Shown here one piece after another: positions 55,266 to 64,000 of a DNA stretch of 64,000 nucleotides. The DNA is from Eledone cirrhosa. Taxonomy: Eukaryota. Every line of letters starts with the position of its first letter. The stretch's first letter is position 1. The translations under genes were made by a program, and so were the position numbers. The stretch is taken from the NCBI GenBank assembly GCA_964016885.1, contig OZ024743.1, positions 38,936,001-39,000,000 of the forward strand, written 5' to 3'. The notes under the pieces are model-generated. The model was given only the letters and a program-made list of their open reading frames with translations, had not been told where the DNA came from and made no database searches.

Positions 55266-55452
55266 GTGGATTGGCAGTGTCGGTAGAGGGTCAGACACCA
55301 TGCTTTCCAGCATAGTTACGTCCCTTTACGATCTGAGTTCAAATCCCGCTGAGGTTGACTTTGCCTTTCATCCTTACAGAGTCGATAAAATAAAGTACCA
55401 GTAATGCACTGGGTAATTGCTGGCCTTGTGCCTAAAGTAGAGACAGTTATTG
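55266..55452 (+). mobile_element. SINE inserted in the Helitron 3' region
   Basis: Family consensus lying between the RepHel stop and the terminal hairpin. Confidence 0.87.
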
Positions 55453-55568
55453 TTGTATATTTTCAAACTTACCCGTATTTACTTTAAATGCATCAATATT
55501 CATATTTGAATGGAATCATTAAAAGTACTTTAAAGCAATTAAACTCCGTGCAACGCCGGGCACTTCTG

Positions 55569-55669
<101 letters not shown>

Positions 55670-55680
55670 CATATATATAC

Positions 55681-55711
<31 letters not shown>

Positions 55712-56200
55712 CTAAATGTAAACTTACATATATGTGTATTCGTGCATGGGTGTGTGTATATGTGTCCGTGCCTGTTTCAACGCATATAACCTTTAATCTC
55801 GAAGCTGTTATTACATACCTCCCATTTTCTTTGGCTGTGCCTCATGATCAATCAGTTCATCTAATGATATTTCTACATCATACTAGATTTCCACAACACA
55901 TTTCAACTGATTTCATTTATATATTAGACTCATTTTATACTTTAATAAATAGTACCCATGTATACATGAAGAATCTCAGTTTAATTGTAACATTAGTTAG
56001 TGTCTATTAGTCACTACATTATGTAAATATGTAATGACAGAAAATAGCTTTGGCATCATCGTGATGTAAACTATTCTAAAACACTACATGATTTCTTTAG
56101 TCCTTTATTTTTGTCCCGGTTTCTAATACCTAAAGTACCCACTCAGTTTAACGGACCCAGATTTATCAAATTTGATTTCACAGACTAAATATTATTATTA

Positions 56201-56398
56201 CGAGGTGGATTGGCAGTATCAGTAGATCGTTAGACACCATGATTTGCAGCATAGCGTTAGGCCTTTTGCGTTCTATGTTCAAATTTCGTCGGGGTTAAAT
56301 ATGCCTTTAATACATACGGGGTTGATAAAATCAAACATCAGTAATTCACTGGGGTAATTGCTACCTCTTGTGCCAAAAGTAGAGACAATTATTATTAT
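56201..56398 (+). mobile_element. SINE, more diverged copy
   Basis: ggtggattggcagtatc...gttcaaat...ggggttgataaaat...gtgccaaaagtagagacaattatt. Confidence 0.8.
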
Positions 56399-58190
56399 GA
56401 TGTGTCATCATTGTTTTACCGAACACAGCAGTATGTGTCTTGTGTATGTGCAGTTGTGTTTTTGTCCATGTTATTATATCATATATAAACGCTATATATC
56501 CAATATAGTGGATGCAATATGACCGATGAGAATATGTCCGATGAGAAATTTGCTTTGCTATACTGGAAATCCACCGGGGTTACTGCACTCGTAGGTTCAG
56601 CCTTGCCGTATATTGTATCACGATAAAACTACATGTAAACTATGTTACGGTTAAATCTGTCTGTGGAATACACTGTCACGTCCATGGCAATGTTGCATTC
56701 ATCGAAAGACAGAAACAATCATCATCGAAACGGTTGGAGTTCGATCATTTTCTTTCCAATCCATTATTACTTTTATCACATAAAACGATCTTTAAATAGA
56801 CTGTGAGAAGAGAAACAAAAACAAAATGTTTATAATGTTGAATGAATAACCCCCACATTGTGCATTCGTCTACATTGTTTTAAACCTGTTTTATAAATTA
56901 AAGCCATAAAATATAACTACCATGCCCTAAAAGGCATCGGATATGAACACGTTTTCCTATCTATCACTCCGTTATATAGAGGGTGTACTGTATACTTTAC
57001 AAATGGATAGGTACATAGTTGATTTGAAGGAAAATATACGTTAAGACTAACTGCCATATTTAAAAATGTTGCTGCTTAACCCCATGCATTTTCTCGCAGT
57101 TTCCTTCTTTTTGCCGAAAATGTATATCCGAAAACAGGATCTACATGTGAGAAGCCAAAAACTGAAATAATTTATATATTTCACCTTTCTTGTCAGATAA
57201 TTCTGGCACAGAAGATGGCATGGGATCGTACAGTACAGTCGGTCTCCATGCTTTTGGATGTGTATAAACATTTGAATACGTTACAAGTGATATAATGCTT
57301 GTATGAAATTTATGAATCAGATATCATAGGAAAAATAGGAAGGCAGGAAAGGTATGTCTTGAATCCATATTTGAGTGCAATAATCCACCTTCCACTAGCA
57401 GATCTTATATCTGATATCCGTATGTATATCAGTGTGGGTTACTAGGATTATGTCAGTGAAAACACCTTCCCTGAGGAATATTAGCGAACTAAGGTGATGT
57501 GCCACACCCACGGCACTACATATTTAGATATATGAAATGCAGCAGAAAATATCTAAATTAGTTTGTATGTTATTGACCACACAAACACGAACTTCAGTAA
57601 ATAGTCAACGAGCTTTACAGACAGAAACGCATTAACGGTAAGGAAGTCCGAAATCTCACCACACCAAACGAGAGGGATAACTTCATGAGCGTCATCCGAC
57701 GTGAAACGAAATACGCCCGAAACGAATGCAATAGGCATTTCAATAAGAAATGAGCATGGATGAATAAGAAAAAACTAATAGAAAGGAAAATAGAATATTC
57801 TCAAAAATACCCAGATAACATCAACAATATCCGCATGACTGATGTAAAACTACCGGAATAATTGACCAATGAACACACAGTAAATATGTATGGGAACACT
57901 TTAATCAGTGAACAAGAACAACAAATCCTGCAGCTACCACCAAAATTTGCCATCTACAAAAAGATTAACCCTATGGAGTGCAAAACGGAGCTGGAAAAGT
58001 GTTTCACAAAAATACGTTGGAATGCAAAGGTAAACAACAACAACAACAACAATAATAACGGTAGTAGTAATATAAACAATAACTCTGAGTATAGAAATAA
58101 CAGCCATAACAATAACAATAACAGGAAAGTGAGAATAGTAATAATGGTAATAATATAAACAATAGACAGAACAACAACAACCACAATAAT

Positions 58191-58377
58191 AATTGTTTCT
58201 ACTTTAGGCACAAGGCCAGCAATTATCCAGTGCATTACTGGTACTTTATTTTATCGACCCCGTAAGGATGAAAGGCAAAGTCAACCTCGGCGGGATTTGA
58301 ACTCAGATCATAAAGGGACGTAACTATGCTTGAAAGCATGGCGTCCGACCCTCTACCGATACTGCCAATCCACCGCC
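58191..58377 (-). mobile_element. SINE inserted in the PLE coding region, with 13-bp TSD
   Basis: CCACAATAATAAT at 58181-58193 and 58378-58390; consensus-like body. Confidence 0.9.
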
Positions 58378-61300
58378 CCACAATAATAATAATCATAGAA
58401 ACATTAACCACAGACACAGCAGCAGCGACCACAGTAGTAATAACGGTAACAATACGAACAACAACAACAATAACCACAGTGGTGATAGTGGAAATAATAC
58501 ATGTAGCAACATTAATGATAGACACAACAAAAACAAGAAACATAATAATAGTAACAACCACAATGGTAGAAATAACAGTAACAACAACAATAACGGTGAA
58601 GTAAACAACAATACATCTAGCAATCATAACAATAATAATAATGCTAATGATAGGAACAACAACAACAACCATGATAACAATAATAGCAATACACACAACT
58701 ATGACGATAGATATAATGACAACCCCTCAGAGTAACTATTTTTCAACCCAGCTGACAAAACATATAAGATGGGTAATATCTATCCTACGAGGTTACCCTT
58801 TAATAAAAGAGTTTGCATACCACAACAAATAGATGACGATACAGAGGCACAGTTCACCATAGCTAGAAATAAGATTAGACAAATAGTAGACAGGTATACT
58901 GAGAGACAGAGCAGACCAGAGGCCCAACAACTTGGGAGGAAACCTGTAGAAGGCTTGGTTAGCCTCAAGCAGCGCACAAGGGATGGTGAGGTATTATGTC
59001 TACCCACGGATAAGTCTGGTAGGATGTCAATAGATAGCATGCCGAACTACATCAAGGCTATGCAACCCCACATCACCAACACGAGCAAAATTGCACAACA
59101 AACACACGATAGGAGAGAGAAAATCCTCAACGCTCACGTGATGCTGTGGACTGATATCCTAAAGCCAAGCAGAAGCACTGCCAACAACTTCCAGGCGTCT
59201 AACAATGACATACCACCCTTGTATGGGCTCCGCAAAGACCACAAGACAGTCGACGACCCGACAACAGGACCACTAACAAGACCCGTATGTGGAGCTAATA
59301 TAGCTAGTAACTACAGGATCTCCTACTTCCTCTCAATGGTTATACGCCCCATAATTAAGATGTCCCCGGATGTATGTGACAATACAGAGGACCCCTCGGC
59401 AGAATCAGTGAGTGCAACAAAAACAGGAACCTATCCAACTGCATAATAGGCAGCATGGATGTGGTGTCACTGTACCCATCCATTAACATTGATTTTGCTG
59501 CGGCAAAATGTGTGGAGATGATCATTGAGAGTGAGGTGGAGTTCTGCGACGTCGACACAGACGAACTGGGCCTCCTACTTAGACTTACCTACGACACTGA
59601 CTACATAGACAGCCATGACCTTAGACGTTTCTGCCCTAGTAGACCTATAAGAGATAGACCCCCCACCATAACCTCAATGGCAAAAAAGACTCCCATGGGA
59701 AGGTGGATTGGGTGGACCAACGCTATACGGACCCCCCAAAACAATGATCAGGTAAGAAAAATGGTCGCACATGCAATAAGGGCTAGTATCAAAACTACCC
59801 TCAAGGGCCACATATTTAAGTTCAACGAGAAGATCTACACCCAAAATGAAGGAGCAGCCATTGGCGTCAGCATAGCTGGTGATGTTGCCAACTTTTCATG
59901 TTATGGTGGGAAAGGAGACTTAAAGATCTCCTTAATGAGAGCTCCATCGACCTCATCATGTACTCTCGTTATGTAGACGATATTAATATAGTTATAAGAA
60001 CATCCCCACTAGAGAGCACTAACAAGTTTAATTTAGAACGTAGCACAATGGAAAGCATCCAGCAGATAGCTAATTCCATACACCAGAGTATAACTCTAAC
60101 TATCGACTTCCCTTCCAAACACCCTAACAATAGACTACCTGTATTAGACACAGAACTCTAGATTAACACTATAGACGAGAGAGCCCAAATTCTCCACTCA
60201 TACTATGCGAAACCCATGGCCTCCAAATACCTGATACTCAAAAACTCAGCAATGTCCAGTAGTGCTAAGTTTAATATTCTGATCGCAGATTTGGTACGAG
60301 TGATGAAGAATGTGTCCCGCATGTGCGACCCAACAGAAATGGAAAGACACATCCAACACTTCATCAACTGCATGCAGTTCTCTGGCTACAACCAAAGAGA
60401 CAGAGTCAGAGTATACGAAGGAGCCATGGAGAAGTATAAGACCCTCATAGAACTGGACATGAAAGGAATTTGCCCATTATACAAGAGCAAATCATGGAAT
60501 AGCTTAGATAGGGCTAGACATAAGATAGGGAAAGCCACTACATGGTAAGACAACCAAAGATACCAGAGTGTCATGTTTGTGGACGCTACCCCTGGAGGGA
60601 AATTAGCTAACCAGTGTAGAAAGGCTCTGAGAAAGACCCACTTAAAAATAAAGGTGGTAGAAAAGCCAGGAACCACCATAAAATCCCTGATCAGCAAAAC
60701 CTACCCTTTTAAGAAAACCCACTGTACCAATAGGAAATGTATCATATGTAAGGTAAACCCCCGGATAAACTGTAAAACTAGAAACGTAGTCTATAGCATA
60801 AGATGTACAGATGGTACCTGCAGAAACATGACAACAACATACATAGGTGAGACAGTTCGTAGCATAGGTGAAAGGATAGACCAACACTGGGGGAACTAAA
60901 GGGACGAAAAAACGGGTCAGTACTATACGAACATGCCAGACAACAACATGACGGTAACATAGACAACATAGAAATTAGAATAATATCTAAACATAGAAAT
61001 GACCCAGCAGATAGCCAAATCAGAGAGGCCAGTGAAATAGAAATGAGAAGACCAAGACTAAACAGAAAGAATGAATGGAATAATAACACCCAAACAAACA
61101 ACACTGACCTAAGAGAAGTATAAATAAGTAAATAAAATAAAATAAAATAAATAAATAAATAAATAAATACATACACAAGCACAATAACAACACACACATA
61201 AACACACATTAGTCACCCAATCACGAACACACATCACACATCAAACAAAACACTATACACACACGCAAACGCATGCGCAAAGAAGACAAAATAAAATAAA

Positions 61301-61385
61301 CAAACAAGCAAATAAATAAATAAATATATAGGCAGATTGAATAAAAATGGCGTAGCCATACAATTCAACAGGAGGAAACAATAGA

Positions 61386-61427
61386 ACCACTGACGATGTT
61401 GCAGATGTGCAACGAAAGATTTATGAT
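61386..61427 (+). ncRNA. Hammerhead motif in the PLE 3' region
   Basis: acca-CTGACGA-t-GTTGCA(gatg)TGCAAC-GAAA-gatt-TA-tgat. Confidence 0.68.
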
Positions 61428-61969
61428 AAACTATGTATATGTGTTTGTGTCTATATTGTATCTGTATTATTTTTTACCGTCGGTCAGTCAATGGCAACAT
61501 TGAGGACCGAGTATATTATATATTAGATTACCGATATAAAATACACAGAAGCGAAAAGCGAAAACCAACCAAACAGTGAGTCTGTTCTGTTATTAATTCT
61601 GGCAATATTACACAAATATGACCCTCCCCAAGTATAACAATATATATACATAGTGTATAGGTAGTACGGTGGAATGCTTGTGTCAAGCACTCTCTGCACA
61701 GGCACAGTGTATTTAATTAAAAATAAAATCATGGAAGTTTCATTTACATATTTAACCCATACCCAACAACACGACCGCTGTAACTACCACTCTCTCCCAA
61801 TCTTCACTGTCACAGTCTCCATACCCACATCCACCCATCGTATATATGTATGCATGTATTGGAACTTGCATTTTCATATCCATATTTGTATGGTATATGC
61901 ATGTTTGTGTGTATACCTATATTTACATATATATATGCGGGTAATTTTATGTGTATGAATGTACACATA

Positions 61970-62022
<53 letters not shown>

Positions 62023-62083
62023 TTAATATCTAGTAACATATATTTACATACAGATGCATGTCAATGCTAGCAAATATATAGAT

Positions 62084-62164
62084 TTCCCTGACGATGGAAT
62101 GCTTCTCTGTATCTTCTTCGGAAAAAAATATATTTATTCCATTCCAGAAACTAGTTAGTTGGAA
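62084..62164 (+). ncRNA. Candidate hammerhead motif with long helix II loop
   Basis: ttcc-CTGACGA-TGGAATG...CATTCCA-GAAA-CTAG-TT-agtt-ggaa. Confidence 0.55.
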
Positions 62165-62211
62165 GTGATATTTTAGTAAGTAAGTTAATTTTATAATTTT
62201 CTTATTTTACG

Positions 62212-62243
<32 letters not shown>

Positions 62244-62250
62244 GTGTATA

Positions 62251-62329
<79 letters not shown>

Positions 62330-62493
62330 GGGATAACAAATTATCTATATAGGTAATCCCCTTAGATGTAGTCCAGTTAGAGTACTCCGAGTAGTGGATA
62401 GTATTAACGCTTGTCTAAGTTTGACTCAACAAAACGTTTCCATAGTGATGCTGCGAGTACGCGGTGATGTCTATGTAGTTTACACTTGGAGAA

Positions 62494-63665
62494 ATAATAA
62501 ATTAAGAAAGAAGAGTGACATGGTTTGCTATACAATACGGGCTTTATTCACATTGTTGACAATTATTTCTCTGAAATGGTAGGTCCAGAGATCGCTACCC
62601 GCCTGTTTTTGCGTCAATCGATCACCAATACTTTGTTATAACCAGTCTATTCTTCAGAGCATGCGCGAATGAAGGATATACACAGGCATGGCTACTATAT
62701 ATAGTAGTGGTATTAAATCAGAACAATAATAACAATACTCAAATAAATTAGCTAGATAGTAAATAATTAAAACAATCACAACATCAATCTAAGTAAGAAA
62801 TAGTGTATAATGATGACCTTAGCATGTAAAACGAACTGATACGAAACAGATGTATGAAATTGACATGTGAAAGCTGTCATGGGGTACACTAGATATAGTG
62901 CAGAGGTGGCAAAGAGATAACTTGGGGCCTGGAATTATGGACTATCTGCTTTACTGAATATTTCCTGGCCGTCAGATGATGATTAATTTATTATCTGACA
63001 GATAAAATATTTTCATTGTTGTGAGGATGTTAATTTTTATGTGGTGTAAAGTGGAGTTGTAGATTCGTTATTTAAGTGGCCTATATTAGATGTAGGGATT
63101 GTTAGTTCGAATCATGGGGGTTTAGCTTTCACAGCGTCAATAATAAATCGTGCATGAATAAGACAAGAATAACAACAACAGTAGTAAAGAAAGCAAGGTA
63201 TATATAGAGAACATGATGAATACTATTACGGAGACATTGGAGTGTTCATTATAACAACAGGAGGAAAGTGATATTTCAAGGACTGTAACTTTCACATGTC
63301 AATTTCATACATCTGTATCGTATCAGTTCGTTTTACATGCTAAGGTCATCATTATACTCTATGTCTTACTTAGCTTGATGTTGTAATTGTTTTAACTATT
63401 TACTATCTAGCTAATTTATTTGAGTATTGTTATTATTGTTCTGATATAATACCACTACTATATATAGTAGCCATGCCTGTGTATATCCTTCCATCTCGAA
63501 TGCTCTGATGAATAGACTGGTTATAACAAAGTATTGGTGATCGATTGACGCAGAATCAGGCGGGTAGCGATCTCTAGACCTACGAGTTCAGAGAAACAAT
63601 TGTCAGCAATGTGAATAAAGCCCTTATTGTATAGCAAACCACGTCACTCTTCTTTCTTGATTTAT

Positions 63666-63667
<2 letters not shown>
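62494..63667. repeat. Foldback inverted repeat, ~385-bp arms, ~400-bp spacer
   Basis: 62494-62878 is the reverse complement of 63284-63667, with mismatches. Confidence 0.92.
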
Positions 63668-63704
<37 letters not shown>

Positions 63705-63725
63705 TATATATATATATATATATAT

Positions 63726-64000
63726 CTAAGGCGGGTAAAATTCCCGAGATCCATGGACGAGTTCTCTCCAGCGGTCTCTGTCCCTCATTATCGCTGCCAT
63801 ATCCCGCGTTTTTGTTTACATATTCGCCTGTGATGAAACACCTCTTTAATCCAATATATCCACCTCTTCCTCGATTCTCTGCAAAATCTCTGCAATATCC
63901 ATCGTAATCAATTGTTTGGCACACATTTGATCTGCAGCATGCATCAAAGTGTGGGGCAAGTACTACAGTTACAAAGATTATATGCATATTTTTGATCGTC
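63726..64000 (-). mobile_element. 3' end of a probable RTE-type LINE followed by (TA)n
   Basis: Minus: ENRGRGG... then MAAIMRDRDRWRELVHGSREFYPP* (RTE-like DRxxWR terminus). Confidence 0.45.

Larger units (their letters stand above)
57560..61638 (+). mobile_element. Penelope-like retroelement (RT + GIY-YIG), near full-length, decayed; 5' boundary uncertain
   Basis: LQLPPKF, PTDKSGR, PPLYGLRKDHK..RPV, SMDVVSLYPSI, QNEGAAIG, YSRYVDD, LPVLD, VVY..YIGET; 3' end shared with copy 39022-40157. Confidence 0.9.

Noticed and set aside
55266-55345. SINE heads as tRNA genes
   Set aside because: A/B boxes present but no cloverleaf, and followed by SINE body and tail

Overview
Eukaryotic, AT-rich, microsatellite-dense DNA. 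The SINE family and abundant (TA)n are consistent with an octopus/cephalopod genome; this is inference. I see no host protein-coding gene: the window is almost entirely mobile-element derived. Main contents: (1) a head-to-tail array of three Tx1/L1-clade LINE copies (1-12640) plus decayed relatives; (2) a decayed autonomous Helitron (~49.3-55.6 kb); (3) two copies of a Penelope-like element (RT plus GIY-YIG); (4) about a dozen copies of a tRNA-derived SINE; (5) several long inverted repeats. The most interesting signal is non-coding. A ~0.5-0.6 kb repeat at 15.8-17.5 kb, in tandem plus inverted arrangement, carries three copies of a type I hammerhead ribozyme (long helix I, palindromic minimal helix III). 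It is a candidate non-autonomous retrozyme or Penelope satellite RNA. Additional, sequence-unrelated hammerhead motifs lie at 15.2, 39.9, 45.3, 61.4 and 62.1 kb. The LINE array also shows highly diverged ORF1 modules on near-identical ORF2, with breakpoints at a GTAAGT motif overlapping the ORF1 stop, and variable microsatellite tails. All alignments and folds were done by eye.
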